64,000 nt of DNA from contig CM120641.1 in assembly GCA_051362555.1 (NCBI GenBank), positions 44,956,401 to 45,020,400 on the forward strand, given 5' to 3'. A program made the position numbers and the translations under genes. Origin of the DNA: Lingula anatina. Lineage: Eukaryota; Animalia; Brachiopoda. The notes beneath the pieces were generated by a model. That model had not been told where the DNA came from. It searched no databases and saw only the letters and a program-made list of their open reading frames with translations. Positions 1-15,218 of the stretch are shown one piece after another (the stretch's first letter is position 1; every line of letters begins with the position of its first letter).

Positions 1-1140
1 AGAAGAGGCACGCTGACTGAAAATACTGCCTGCACTGTTAAATTCAGGGTGCTACATTAAAACAGACTTGGAGGAGATGGTATCTACTCATCAACCCAGA
101 CCCACTGACTTTATAGATATGCCACATGAATGGTATTGCTCTCCTTTGTTTATTTTGTAATTACCTGTCCGATTATACATGAAATTCACATTATGAGTCT
201 TTTTTTTTATCAGAAATAAAGTAAAACTCATTTCAGCCTATAGATTTGTCTGTCAGATGAAATAAAATTGAGGAAGATAATACTTCACTTTATACTATTT
301 AAATCTCATAGATTTTGAGTGTTAGTTAATCATTATAGATGCCATAGATTTAGAAATTAGTTGTATCTGATAATGCATCTCAAATCCATTGCATTTAGAC
401 AGTGGTAGTGCTGGTAGATCTAATTTTTCTATATTGAAGAAACAATTTATTTTAAAGCCACGCCAATACATCTTTTCTGTCAATTGTAATACCCTATTTC
501 AAACAAAAAGTGACACTTCAGAAAAATTGTAGTTTGATTATCTCTCTTCTCGATTTCAAATTTTTGTCCGATTGCTTCTCTAATTTTGCTTTGACTAGAA
601 AATTTAGTCATACTGCTATTCATTGTGTATTTTTTGAAATTTTCTCACGAAAATATGGTGAAACATTATTCATTTGTATAAAATATAAAGTATGTTATGG
701 TAAATTCAGTACATGGTCTGAGCTAAATAATTATATAATGATAAAAAAATTCACAAAAAGTCTATACTTTTTATTTTATTTATCATTATCTTCTTTTATA
801 GGGGTATAAGTCTACTAATTAAATTTATATAGGTGACTACATAAGGATAATTTCGCAATATTGGTGAAAAAGCATTCAACAAAATTCCACCAATGAATAT
901 AGTGCTATAATGCAATGGGATGCTGTGACTGCTGAAAGTAAAATGCTTTTAAGGCAATACTAATTTCCTCTAGGGAATTAGTTAAAAGGGCAAAAAACAG
1001 CTTTGTCATCTAAAATCCTTGTCAGTCTTCCCTAGAGCAAATTTTAGGCTGAAGTTGTTTCATGACAGATTCAGGTTTTACATAAGAACTGAAACTCAAG
1101 AGTTGATTTTAATTTAAAGACATAACTTTTAAGTTTCCTT

Positions 1141-1332
1141 TCATCATCATCATCATCATCATCATCATACTGATCCTCGGCATATCGAATATTGTCGGCA
1201 CACTTCATGGACCAATCCCTTCCACTTCTTTCTGTCAACTGCCATCCTCGTGACCTCTGCTAAACATTTTCTTGTCCATTTTTGTATGTTGGTTTTCCAT
1301 CCAAACCTTGGCCTGCCATGTTTTCTTTTTAC
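1141..1332 (-). mobile_element. 5'-truncated RTE-clade LINE 3' end with (ATG)n tail
   Basis: The minus-strand frame reads KRKHGRPRFGWKTNIQKW...MAVDRKKWKGLV, matching the GRPRxxW...A.DR..W C-terminus typical of RTE ORFs. It is followed immediately by a trinucleotide tail, seen as (TCA)n at 1141-1167. Confidence 0.7.
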
Positions 1333-4300
1333 TGCGACACTTACAAATGTTGATGTAAAAGACCAAGGCAAATAACAGGTGTCCTTTGACCACTGATAAA
1401 TCAGTTATAAACCAATAAAAATTATTAAATATCGAACACTTTTATTAAAGAAAGAAATTACTCCTGTTTTTGACCAATAGTTACTTTTAAGTTGACAACT
1501 GCAAATTTATGATGACTTTAAAAAGACTGAAATGTTCAGTCTCAAAGTAAAAACCAACCTTCAGTTCCAAGTTCTTTTATGAAATAAGATCAGAGTTTAC
1601 CTGACTCAAACCAGAATAGTAAAATACAACCAGGTTTCTTTTGTCTGAAACAGATACTTTTCCCAGGGAAACTGTCCAACCAAAGGTCAAAATACTGCTA
1701 ATATGAATAAAGTATTCTTAGTGCTGGTCTTTTTTTTTCACTTTTTCTTCTTTCTCAGATGTAGTCCAGCATACACAATTCTCTCCCACAATTGTCACAG
1801 CTATTATGCCTAAAATTCTACTTCTCTGTAGCATTCTTAATGCAAGCTTTTTTTGACTCCTTTAAGGATTTCAATTTCACAGTAAATTTTAAATTCTTAT
1901 CTAAGAAACAAGTTCATAAGAAAGAAATACAAAAGCATGACAATGTATATAGACCAAACTTTGTGCAAAGCAGTAATCATGAGAGATCCTACAACATGCA
2001 TTCCCAAATATTGCAGTTGATAAAATGCATCACACAAGTGCTGTAAATAATGCAGTTGATATCAGTTTTCAATGCAGGTATGTTAAAATTTGCATTAAGT
2101 TTTGTTTTAGGATAATTAAATGTACATCATTTTTCCACTAAATAGCTCAAAAAACAGTACAAAAAATTAAAAAATTTTTTCTCAACCATACATGTTCTTA
2201 TAACTAAAAAAAAATACATTAGGTGATGAAAAAAATGGCCACTCGTCAAGTATGCTTATTGATAACCTTATGCATGTACCTTTACCCTATTGAGCATCTG
2301 TCTGTAGAGCAAAAACACAAAAACAAGCTCAGTAAATCCTATATCTAGTACTTGTTATGAGTGAAAGACTGAGACAGGAATCCAAGCACTGGTAACTCTC
2401 ATATCTATTAAACCATACAGTATATATACCCAGAGGGTGCTAGGATGGAGTTCAAATTTTCTCCACTCTACAACCCTCTATGTACGTATGTATGTGATTA
2501 GCTGAAGATTGTGAGTCTGCCAAATTTCCTAAAATTCTTTAATTTTAATAGTTAAGCAAAATTTTTTTAAGCTTGAAGCTGAATTACTATGGTGAATATC
2601 CCTGTGAAAAAAAAAGACCCTTGAAGATAAAGGGCTCTAGCTCCACCTCACCTCCTCAATATGCTCTTCCTCTTTATATCCCCTCTCCATTATTCCTTGA
2701 TAAAATCCAGTGAATTAGCTTTTTTTTTTCCAATAAACAGCCGTCAAGAGAGAAACAAAGAACAGACTGGCAAGCCTATAGTACTGTACTTCACGTAATC
2801 CCAGCCACCGTCTCCAGCCTAAATGATTTCAGCGTATTTCACCTGTGGCATCCTGGGAATTGGCTGGTTTTTATTGGAACAGGTTGCGCCAATCAGCCGA
2901 CTAATTCAGATCCCACTGTCTAATCCCGGTTATAGCATTTGATCTCAAATTATGAAAGCCAGGCAGATTGGAGTGCCCTAGATTCAAGCGCTGCTGAAAA
3001 AACACTGAGAGCAGGAGAGGCCTTCCTTTACTGTTGCCTCCTCGTTGTCTGCATGTACGTCTAATCAGAACTCTTCAACCTTTCTCTTAAAAAAAACAGC
3101 CATCCACCTTCCACACCAACTGATCTTTCTCTTTCTTAACTTAATCTCTCAATGGGAAGCTGTTTGCTTAATATTTTGGAATTCCACCCAATAGACACCT
3201 GCCGTTTGCCTAGGATGATTATACCCACTGAGAAGTGCTAATATTACTTGAAATGTGGACTGTACACTGACTATGAAGAGTCTAAATTTGATAAGGTGCT
3301 TGAAAACACATCAGGTAAAAAAGACTGTTATGCACTTTCATCTAGTAACTTGAAACTAATCTGCAATTATCTGGATCTAGATTTCACATTACGCCTATTT
3401 GCCGAGAGAGCCTGTGTGAACGGTTCTATATGTATCAGATGATTTTTCTGTGAAAAGAGAACTGCAAGTCAGTTGTACCTGTTCATCATTTTTCATTTCT
3501 CATCACTGCATGACTGCAATGAAGTTGAACTGTCATCTCCCAGCCATGAGCTATTTTACTAACTCAGACCGTTTTTCATTAGAAGTTGTACATATACAGT
3601 TATCTGTACAACTTCAGTTAGACTATTCCCAACATGTACAGTAGTTAGGCTAAAGAAGAGGGGGAGGGCAGAGGTGGATCCGGAGATATTTTCTGACAGG
3701 CTTCCAAATTATCATCATCTTTGTTGATCCATTCTCCATTTTTGACAAAATTGGAATGTGCTTTGTTTTTAATGAGAAGAGAAAACTGACTTCTTATTTG
3801 CAAAAGGTTTTCAATATAAATAAAAGATTACCACTGTGTTGTACCTACTATCAGCACATTCTCAGCAGTGTCTAAAAATCTAACCCAAAGATCAGTATGA
3901 CAAATATAACTAACCTTTCAGTATATTTTCTACCTGTATACCACTCCCTCTTTTATGACGTAAACAAAAACTAAAAAAAAATATTAACCCAAGCAATCTG
4001 ATGCCACCTTACAAGTATTTCTCAGCAGGATCTGTAGAGATGTGTTTAAGTAAAAAGAGAGGAAGACCTGTGTTTTGAAAGTTCACTCTTGTTCAAACCT
4101 ATCAAGTTTAATCAGAGGCCAAGTTTCACCAAATAACCTAAGCTTGCCAACTGTGTGGTGGAAAATAGCGATCTATCTCTATGTTCAGTGGATTACAGTA
4201 CTCATGTGAACCATAGGTCTAAAACATATTTTATTTTTGTGGGTGGCATTTATTCACATAAAAATAAAAGCAAGTGTATTAAAAATTGCCCTTACTGCAA

Positions 4301-6372
4301 ACATACCAGTTTTGCAAGCAGGACTGGGCCAAAGGCTGGTAGGATTATATTCTATTATACTACATTATTTCAATTTTTTTCTCGAGGGGGGGGGGGGTTA
4401 AGCTAAAATGTTCATATATCAAAGTAAATTATTTATTGACCAAATAAAAAGAAGTCACACATACACATCTTTCTTTTTCATCTTAATCTTAACCACACTT
4501 CAATGGCCCCATTTTTTGCTTAGCCTTACAGTGTTAAAGCGTTTTAAAGCAAAAGCAAAGGTTGTTTTTCCAGGTGAGTTAAGAGTGTGTTTGGGCATGT
4601 GCTTTAGGAATCCAAGGATGTTTATATGAGTCAGAAACTTAATATAAAACTTTGATCTGTTGAGATTTCTAAATAAAATTCTTTAAATATAATTTATCAT
4701 ATTTGAAAACATTTGTGAGATATTCACATTTTTAGATTTAGAAAGTTCGTATCCCCACCCCTCCTCAAAAAGTACATATTCTATAAAATTGCAAACATTT
4801 AAGCATCTTCTTGCAGATCATCACACATATTTTTTATTACAGATGATTTATCTATGATTTTTTTGGCTTCAAACTTATTAGTGAAATGGCTAGTTAGCAT
4901 CTGTACATAGGCATAAATACAATTTTTTTTCAATTTTTTTTTCAAAACAAAATCCCTTTAGAAATTTATATAAACAATGATTCTCATGTTAAACTTCATG
5001 CTAAGATTCAATCAGTCATCATAGCATATGTTACAAGGGACCAAAATCAAAGGAACTATCATACAGAGAAAAAAAACAGGAGGTGAACAACAGCACTTTT
5101 TCAACCAAGGTGGTAATATATCAAATGTAGCTCCAAAATTCTTTGAATGCCTCATCAACTGAGACCTTTTCTTGGGGCACAGATCCAGGTAAGTCTGCCC
5201 TTACCTTTTCTAATGGTGGCAGCGCTCCATCTGCTTTCCTCATCATCTTGCACCTAGTCCTATCCAAATACTAGGACCTTGCCAATTAGTGATCAATAAC
5301 CATTAATTCCTGCTGTAAAACCCCTGGACAATTTAACAAGTAGTTATACTCAAATATGCATTAAAGAAACTAACAAAAAATTCCACGGATTTCAAATGAC
5401 GTTCTGAGCAAGGAAAGCACCTTCCATTGCCCATTGGTATTTACATTCACACCAAATCAGTATGGGCAGTCAAGATGTAGAATTGATGAATTTGGCTGAA
5501 AGGGATCAAATTTATTTGGACTATTGTGCAACAGTGGTTATTTTATCTTATACAGGTAAGCAGCGTACTTGGGCTATACTGGAACCTCTCAAAGAACCCT
5601 ACAAATAGTAATTCCCAGACTTGGCACCTGGTGGTCTCACCAGACAAGACTGAGCTTCTTATCCTTATATTAGCTTCAAATCCAATGCATGTAAGCTTCT
5701 TCATTATTGAAATCTCTCTCTAGTTATCAATAATTTTTAAAAAGGAAAAAGCTGGCCAAAACCAAATCTTAAGCTCAAAATTTATCTGCTCATTTTCATT
5801 GTGTCAGTTTTCTTTAATATTTTTTTTTTACTTTTTAGTTTCCTGAACATGCTTCTTTAAGTTTATAAGTCATACCAACCTTAACAAAGATGAACTTTGT
5901 ACACATTCAATTTCATTTTTGAGGAAAGTTTTTTAGCTAGACAATGATATGATAGAATGATAACCAAATAAAATATTTGAACTATGTATATCAATAATAA
6001 ATTGGGCTAAGACAGTAAACTATTTTACATTTTAACAAAACCAACAGAAAATAAGTAAAGCATTTGTCTGTCTATAACAGAGAAAGCACTGTTTCAAAAT
6101 TATCTTAATCATAATAAATAAACTTAGGACTGATTTGAAAGAAAATTAGGAATTATTTCACCCTCTAGAGATAGAAGTATAATGAATGTTTTAGTGTTTG
6201 AGAGGTGCCCTTTACTCTGTGGTCTACCTAGAGCAGTATTGCACCTCAAAATAAGAACCTCTTGTTATAATAACCTCATCATTCAGGTGTGAAAAGCTGA
6301 AGCAATAAAGTTCCAGGAACCTTAAAGGTGCCCTAGGTCACATGACCTTTCACCGCCCACAATCCACCAGAT

Positions 6373-6526
6373 CAGGGCTCCGTAACTCGAAAGCATCGCG
6401 AATTGCGATTTTGATATCACCTTTCATTTCAAGGCTATTATATGGGGTGAGTAAATACCCAGTCAAAGAATAGAGATGTTTGCGCTTGGTCGCAATTTGC
6501 AATGCTTTCGAGTTACAGAGCACAGA
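6373..6526. mobile_element. ~150-bp MITE with ~35-bp terminal inverted repeats
   Basis: The arms cagggctccgtaactcgaaagcatcgcgaattgcga and tcgcaatttgcaatgctttcgagttacagagcacag are imperfect reverse complements. Confidence 0.65.
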
Positions 6527-9334
6527 TGTGACTAGAAATGTTCTCTAAAATTTTCCACCGATTTGAATCATGAAAAATAAGATGCATATAAAACAAGGCT
6601 ACTTTATAATATGTCCACGTGTGAGACATTACAGTCGCAGCAACATCTAGCAGCATGTAAAGTCCTATTTACACGTGCTTTACACCAATCAATTTTGGCA
6701 TTTGTCAGTGCTTCAGATTCAAGATCCATTCAAATGTGATATTTGCTTAGGCAAAGCTGATGAAATAATTGCAAATTTAAACAATTCAGATATACATGCA
6801 TAAACATTCCTTAAGATGTGTTAATTGTCAAAAATGCATTTTGCTTTTTTTAATCAAATGGAACAATTTAAGCACCTAAGAAAAGTTATTAATACGCCCA
6901 TTCTGACATTTACAGTGTAGTTACATAACTTGTAAAGCATTACAACAATTAAAAAACAAAAAGACACAATAATAATGGATGGGTATGTTATGAAAATCAT
7001 TCTATCAGTTTAAAAATACATAATATACTACTGCTTATGCCATGTAAGATCCACTCTAAGTCTTAAATATTACTTAATTGAAAGGGTAAAACAAAGGTTG
7101 CTGAATCTGTAAGAAGCAAGTTCGTTCCCAAAGTCTCAAACTCTGGGACAAAGACCCGTTTGTGCTTTTCTAGATACCATTGCATGCTTGGATGTTTCAA
7201 TGACATTTACTCAGCGTGTATTTGCAAGTTATATTCAGGATAGTAAAGTCCTTTGGAGAATATTTTAATGACAACAGCAATAATATGGAGAGTCTCCAGA
7301 TTCCAGGCCTACTCTTGCTTATGGTACTGAATATAGATGTGCATACACACACATGTACATGTCACCTCTCTTTTTATTCATTTCTTTATAAAATACGTTT
7401 TTCTCACACTCCACATTACAGACACCACAGTACTTAACCTAAAGACCCATCTCAAGGTCAGCCAACAATCACCAGAGCTCAATTGTGTTAAGTGCACTCA
7501 AAACACACTCAATACAAAAACACTCTCTCAGAGACCAACTCAAACACATTTGCCTTCTGAAATGTGTTTATACTTTATATATATTTGAAAAAAGAAATTT
7601 AATGTCCATGCAAATATAATCAACCGATGTCAATCCATATGGTGTATATGTCTTTTTAGTTTTGCCTTGAAAGACTCTTTATTTATTGAGTAGAATGTCA
7701 CTCCAAAATTTTTCCTGCTGGTGGTGCCAAAAGAATCTCAGATATCATGCCAATTAACAGAAAAGATGCATTAGTACTGCTGCTCCATGCTGGGTTTGTT
7801 TTTCAGAAAAAATTACACATCCATGCAGCATGAAATCCTTCCAATCTCCTTATCTACTGGTACAGCTGATGGACATGGCTCAATGACCTCATGCGCTTCT
7901 TCATCCACCTCAAAACACCCTGATTATCAGGATGTGCTAGCTGGAAATTAACATGTATCACAAGCATGCCTATGTGCCACTCCCATAAGCAAAATACTTA
8001 TAATGAAAATAAGCTTCCAGTGAAACAATGAAAGTTACGTAACTTTTCAATACATCTCTCTCTAAGAATGGGAATGAAGATGCTAGACATCGATATATTG
8101 GAGGTAAAAACTACTTCAATATTAAGCTGTTGTCTGAAGAAAAATTATTTCATTCTTATAACATAACACAGCTGATGAAATTCTTCTCTGACATCTCTGT
8201 CTCATTTAAAAGACCAACTAACTGGATTCATCAAATATAAACGCACACATATTTTCACTAATGCTCAAACATGCAAACATGCACGCACATACAAAATTCT
8301 CACCAGCATAAAATATTTGGTTTTATTTGACAAAAATACAATTTCCTCCATCAATCATCGTATGCTGATAAAAGTGTATTGTACACCTCTAGTGATAATA
8401 CCAATTCAGTGAACACGTCACAATCTATCAGTTCAGAAATATCCATTAAGCACAAGGCAATTATTTTCACAGTGTCAATGATCGAGAGACGTTTTGTACA
8501 ATAAGGACAGATAAAGACACTTCATACATATATATCCAGAGTGATTATAATCATATATGTTTTGAGAGCACAGATGAACCTGGGCAAATAATGATTTGAT
8601 TGGTATGTAGGGTACAATGGCTGGTGTTGAAATTATCATATCAATGACTGCACATTATTTGTACTGCCTTTTCCTTTTTATATATCATCATAGTAGCAAA
8701 ATGTCACCATTCTTAAACAAAATCACTTCACAAAGCAAAGAATATTTGACAGCTCTGTTTCTCGCTCTTTTTATCATCAAATCTAAAATGCAAAAACAAG
8801 TAAGAAAGATCTAACACAAAAATTATTTTTATAATACTGGTTATCAAGTGAATAATTCTAAAATGAAACGTCAGTAACTTCAGAAAAATTCTGAAAGGTC
8901 TTTCATACTATACTTCTCAGCCCACTGCATGGTCACTAAAACCACAAACTGAAAATAAGCTAGTAGAAATTTGTAACTGATCTATAGATAATGGAGAAAA
9001 TAATCCAAAAGAACAAACTTAAATAACAACTCGTCCGGACTTTTTCACTGGTACAATGCCAGATCTACTTGCTTTGGATTAAAGGCTATTGTAGTCACAA
9101 ACTGACTGCAAACACACAAATAAAACTGCCCTGGCCTGCCCACATACTGACTCACGTAATAGATCAAAATGGATGATCGTGTGCCCTCCAGCAGGAGTTC
9201 TCATCACAACTACACAGCTTTTATCTCATACCACTGACATATACAAGTAGATCTACATGTAAGACAAAATTTCAGGACTCATTCTCTTTCTCTCTCAAAG
9301 CTGATCAAACTTTTATTCTGAGACACATTCAGGA

Positions 9335-9360
9335 CTCTCTCTCTCTCTCTCTCTCTCTCT
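9335..9360. repeat. (CT)n microsatellite
   Basis: Read directly. Confidence 0.9.
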
Positions 9361-9361
9361 C

Positions 9362-9536
9362 GGCCACATTCAGAACAGTGGACTAACTAGTCCGCGGGTC
9401 AAATATGGCTGACCCACTTGAATACTTCCCCACAGGGAATCTATTCAGTGTCTATTAGTGGATTAGACGACAAGCTTTTTAGTGGGTCACCATATTTGAC
9501 CCACGGACTAGTAAGTCCACTGTTCTGAATGCAGCC
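9362..9536. mobile_element. MITE family A, copy 1 (PIF/Harbinger-like, ~55-bp TIRs)
   Basis: Arms are ggccacattcagaacagtggactaactagtccgcgggtcaaatatgg and ccatatttgacccacggactagtaagtccactgttctgaatgcagcc. A second copy lies at 52930-53104. Confidence 0.8.
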
Positions 9537-9815
9537 TCTCTCTGTCTAAGAACCTCCTTTCATCTACCTGTCCCTTCCTGCCCTCTCACTCTCTCCTCAT
9601 CAAAACACTAAAGAAGAAATACGTTGGGGTATATAGATCCTAGCTCTGCGTACCTATGTGACAAATCTTCTTATATATTGACTTTTTATCAAAGGAAAGA
9701 AATGGGTGAATTACATATCTTTATTTGATAAATCTTAAATTATTTACCTTTGTTGCATTAAATGGACAATATTTCAGACCAGTATGTAAATATTTGATAA
9801 ATATATAACTACATA

Positions 9816-9981
9816 CAGGCGGGTAGCCAGGGGGTTTCAGGGGGGTTTTGAACCCCTCTTTTTGCTGGAAAAAGGTCCCCTCGAGGTAGAATTTTATCTA
9901 CATGTAGGTACATGGAGGTTTCACGATGAAAGGTCCACTTTTTTCAGAAAAAAACTTTTGAAATTGCTGTCTACAGCCATG
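9816..9981. mobile_element. degenerate short hAT-like non-autonomous element
   Basis: The termini caggcgggtagccagg and gctgtctacagccatg are weak inverted repeats. A related aaaggtcca core occurs inverted near 51945-52083. No clean 8-bp TSD was found. Confidence 0.35.
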
Positions 9982-12606
9982 ATATATAACTGTGTAATAA
10001 ATGTTTCAGCTTTGAGATACACAAGTTCAGGTTTATTTGGTTTAACACGCTACAAAGCATAGTTGACCAAAGCAACTAGGGCCCCATGCTGCTTGGTAAG
10101 GCAGTACCTCATGTTTCACATAGGCAGCCAGAGTGAGAGAGAAGGGTTCTAGATCATCCAGACATATGAGAGCACACCTTTTATGGAGAGAGCTCTGCCA
10201 GGATATAAATACATACAGAAACAAGGCAGGTAGAGGGTTTACACTTACATGATGCCAGCTGATTGAAAGGGCCAGTTACACAAAAGAACTGAAGACCGGA
10301 AGTTGGTCTCTACTTTAATTTTTAGATCAAATTTCTTAGCCTACTTTGAAACAATATATATGAGGATTACCTGAAAAGACTTTACCTGTTTCATAAAAAG
10401 AAAGAAATGGCAGACATGGCAGAACTTTTATAGCAGTAATTACATTGTTTTAGTGATCTACAGATTTTATGTATCACAGATGGGGAATAACAAAATGAAA
10501 CATCAGCCACTATATGAGTTTGTTCCACCCTAATTCTCACACAATGACAGACAGGACAATAAAGATCCTAGTATTAAAATTCCAGCTCACCCTTACTCAT
10601 AACTAATTATCTTTCAGAATAACAATTTTATTTTCATATCCACATTTGAAGAAATGTTTTATTTTAATGTCTCAAGCATTTCTATTCATTTTAAAGAGCC
10701 TTCTGTCTAAATATACATCTCACTTTTCTTTAGCTTTTTAATTTTTTTTACCTTTGATAAGTTATTTGTGTGCACATATTTTCCACAAGTTATATGGAAC
10801 AACATTTGTGCTTCAGAAAAAAGCACAAACGCAGGGCCATTTCTAAACGCTTTGAATCTCATTTTATTATACATTTGCTTTACATTACAGTGCAATATCA
10901 CCAACTCATTTATTGACAGGAAACCAATTAGATAATTGTTTTACAAAATAATATGAATGTGCAAATTGGATGTACAAATTGATTAATTTCACTTCCTTTA
11001 ATGCAAAGAGAGAAAAAAGAATTGGATTTACACAAACACACGCATATATATGTCCATTAACTGTACTGTATACTTAAAAAAAAACTTACTCCATATAGAT
11101 ACAATCTGTTATTCTTTCTTTTTTTATTTTTGACAAATTCAGTTGATAACAGCTTTTGGTATTTTATGAAAGGTTCTTAATTAATGTATCAATATTTATC
11201 CTAAAACAAAAGAGCAAACAAACAAACAATAAATAAATAAATAAAGTGTATTCAAAAACTTACTTCTACCAACATCTTCTGACATTTTCAAATAGTACTG
11301 AAAATGGGCAAAAAATTAGCAAGGCTCAAGTTTTGTGCAAATATTTCTGTTTTGTTCCCCAATTGTTACATAATTATGTTATCAACAACAGCAAGTAAAT
11401 TATGCTTCAGCAAGCAGAACAAATCTTCCTGAACAGATAGCTTTCCTTTGGTCAATTGCATGTTACTGATCCTAGTCTAGTTTCCAATGATGGTAACAAG
11501 ATGGGTGTCAGTATTCATAACTCACTATTAGATATATAAATCCTTGCTACATTTTTTCTATTTTACCTTATACTTTTATTTATTACTATCATTATTTATG
11601 TTGCTTTATTCTATAAATTAATTTTTTGTCCTTTATTTATTTATTTATTTATTTTTTTTTTTTTTTTGGGGGGGGGGGTGGGGAGGGGATCAAAATATCC
11701 ATAATGATACATTTTACTATTAAATTTTCTCGCTTAACCGAAATTACCAAAATGACATTTTTAGACATTTTGAAATATCGAATAATTATTTTTTCTCATG
11801 ATAATAAGCTTTGTATTTAACAAGTTTAAATGCAACACTTGTTTACGTGAATTTTGCTTCAAAAGCAGACCCCTCGCCTCCTTATGAAGTGCAATAATCT
11901 GTATTATGTAATAAGAAAATGCCTAGTAAGACATATCAATCATATCTTTGTCACACAAACAATAGATCATAGTTATCTAACTACGGTGACTGCTCATCAG
12001 TGACGTGTACCTGTTGATAACATCTTAGATAATTTACTAGAAAATATTGTGGTGGTATTGAAACATATAATCTTAAATGCCTGAACATATCAATTGTAAT
12101 ACAGAGCTAATGACAGACAGACAGACATAAGGATTTCATGACTCCTACACAAAACAAAAGAGCTACCAATAAATCCAAATGACAAAGTGTTTTCAAAAGA
12201 TGAGTAAACTTATTTTTTATCCATATACAGGACTCTCTTATACATTAATCAAACCTAATGAACTTTTTCATCTTAATCAACCGCATAATGGGAACTGTTA
12301 TATCAAACAGAAATACTCAATGTTGAATCTGGCCATTTGTCTCAATGGCATACCAGTACAGATCATAGCACAATATTATTTTATCAATCATAATAGAGAG
12401 GGAAATTAATTCTATTTCCAGTGAGGGTTTTAATATATGAAACATTATTGTGGTAATGCTTCAGCTTAGTTCTATTTAGTTGTTTTTTGTCATATCATGA
12501 AAGTGCACACCTAGAAATTATTCTCAGATAATTTATTTATAGTTGGTTTGGTTCCAATGTAAAATACTTTGAAGTGTGTGTGTGTGTGAGTGTGTGCAAG
12601 TGGCCG

Positions 12607-12639
<33 letters not shown>

Positions 12640-15003
12640 TGTGTCCATGCATGTTAGCATTATCAAAAATTTTATAAGTCAGTGCTCTATACAGATTAAT
12701 TTTCAAATAAATAGATTGCTTTTAATTAAATGAAATTATTTAAAAAACATGATCATTGTAACATCTACATGTATCTCCTTATCATCACCAAATATATCAA
12801 ACAAACAATTGGACCATGTTTTGATGTGTGGACATTTGATTTAAAGCCACACTTTTACACCTTTATGGAGTATTTTACTAATGGCATACAGAACACCAGG
12901 GCCAGCTTATTTGTTTTTCAATATCTTGAGCTTGCACAGTCAGGAGAGGTTATCCTGCTTTTACCCAGTGAAAATCATCCATCACAGGACTAGATAAATT
13001 TACACTTTATGGGCAATGGGGCAACGTTAGGCGGTTTTGTACAGGCTGGAAAAAAAAGATATGGGATTTGGTGAGTTTGATGTCCACAAAACTGAGCTAT
13101 ATGTGGTATTTAATGTTTTTATGGGGGTGAGGTTAGAGAAAGGGGCAAGATATAGCAGACATATGGCAAGTGACCTTTCATTGATAGCTGGTTCGATGAA
13201 GAATTTTTTAACAGGCTGAAGAAAAAAGATGTGAATATTATGATTGTGAAGATGTGAGCACAAGCACTTGGTGAGGACTACCCTAGGCCAGGTGAAGGGA
13301 AAATATGTAAAATCAACATCCAGAGATTAATAGGACATTATCATGTACTCTGTGCAGGATATAAAAACATGACGCATTTTTTTTTTTTTTTTTGGGGGGG
13401 GGGGGGGGCAGTCTTAAAATTCATTATGGTACAAGGACATGATATGCACAAACAGCATTCTAGACTCTACAAATGTTCAGATATTCAAAATAGTTAGTCT
13501 ATCAGCTTATTCAGATTAGTGAAAAAGAGAATAATTTCACATGCATGGTCGTTTTTAGGAGGTAATGTCTGAACCAATGTGGTAAAAGTGCCTGTCCCCC
13601 TCCCCCCCCCCTCCAAGCTACCCACCCCCATTTTCAGAGATTACTGGTAATTCACCTCTACATGTATTATCTGCCTATACCTCTGCCATTTACAGGAAGG
13701 CCACAGGCATGTAATTAAGTGAGGTAAGTTTTCAACAATCTCTGTAACTCAGGGCACTTCTTAAAGATTTCAAATCATTTCCAGAATACTGACAGAAGCA
13801 TTCATCTACATAGTCCTGTCCAAACAAAAAATAAGCAGTATGATCATTAAATCCACGCTCTAAGTCAACAGTGTGTGACCTATTGACCACAGAAGATTCT
13901 GAATTTATGGTCTGGTTTGCAATTTACACAAGTACATTGTGTTCTGTACAAAAATTGATTCTACGCAGCAAGAAACTCACTGTGAGAGTGAATCGCACTC
14001 ATTAATAAGCTCTCAATGGCTGATTTTTCTGAAGATTTCGGAAATTTCATAGGGGGATGATGACACCATAAATTTCAGTATAGGAGAATTAAACATCTCA
14101 GTGGTTTACAATCTTATTTTCTTTTTCTTTGACCTATATTTTCTAAATATCTGACAAAATAACATTTTAATGGGTGAAAAATAATAAGTTATAATGCTTT
14201 TAAAATCAAGTAGTCTTTTTTGTAAAAAAAAAACAAAAACACCTTCATTTCAATTTGTACCTAAAAATGAGAAATGCTTATAAATAAACAAGTAAAATAA
14301 TCAATACCAATATGTAAATTGCTCATGGATATTCACAACAATCAGAAAATGACAGCGGTCCACAGATTTCTGTGGTTTTTATCCCTGGAATCACTGGCAT
14401 AATTCCATATAAAAAGTCAATTAATCTGCTATTTATACTCTTCAATATTATTGTGAATTTTCTCCTTGTTCCCTTAGAAGCTTTACAAAATTATTCTGAT
14501 GATACCACAAAGGAAAAATCTATATTGTTTCAATAATAGATGAAAAATTGCACTCTGTCAACTAATTCGCACACATTTATATTACCAAGCAGTACAACAG
14601 AGGATCAATTCCACCCTCCCCCAACTCCTTCACACCCCGTAAAAAATAATAACTGTTTCGTATATATGCATGATAGAAGCCTAGTGAATCAACACAAAAA
14701 AATTTATCTTTGAGTTACCTTCCACCCCCACCCTCAGCAAAATCTTGAATCTTCCACTGAAAGGATGACATGTATTGACAGAGCTCTTGGATATATGGCA
14801 GTCAAATACAATTTATACAAACCTACATTTTGACTAAACTGACAGCGCAAGACTGATTAAACAACCTTGTCTATGCACTAAAAAGGGGGTTGGGGGAGGA
14901 TATCCCAAGAACATTCTGAAAGACAATGCTTTTTAAACTTACACTTTATTGAAGCATTTTCTGAATCACTCTGAACATATAAATGATATAAAATGAAGTC
15001 TTA

Positions 15004-15218
15004 GACCCCATTTCCAGAGATTAGATCGATCTACTTTAGATCGACCTAACTCCCTGGGGGTTCACACTAAATAGCTGTCAGCCGGGCGGACACGAAAGTT
15101 AATTACCCTCTTACAGCTTGTAGTAGGCGGGACAGACATTTAAGCCGGATTATCTGACAGTAATCTAGTGAGACTCCCTGCGGGGATAGATCGATCTAAA
15201 AGCTCTGGGAATACAGCC
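15004..15218. mobile_element. MITE family B, copy 1 (PIF/Harbinger-like)
   Basis: TIR core cccagag-tttagatcgatcta, flanked by TTA on both sides (15001-15003 and 15219-15221). Further copies are at 53131-53355 and 62082-62296. Confidence 0.85.

Noticed and set aside
70-95. Plus-strand GAG GAG ATG GTA (EEMV), resembling the start of RyR exon 2
   Set aside because: It is on the wrong strand for RyR and the similarity does not continue.
965-1592. Weak inverted repeats around 965-1045 and 1075-1590
   Set aside because: Probably decayed MITEs, but too degenerate to define ends or TSDs.
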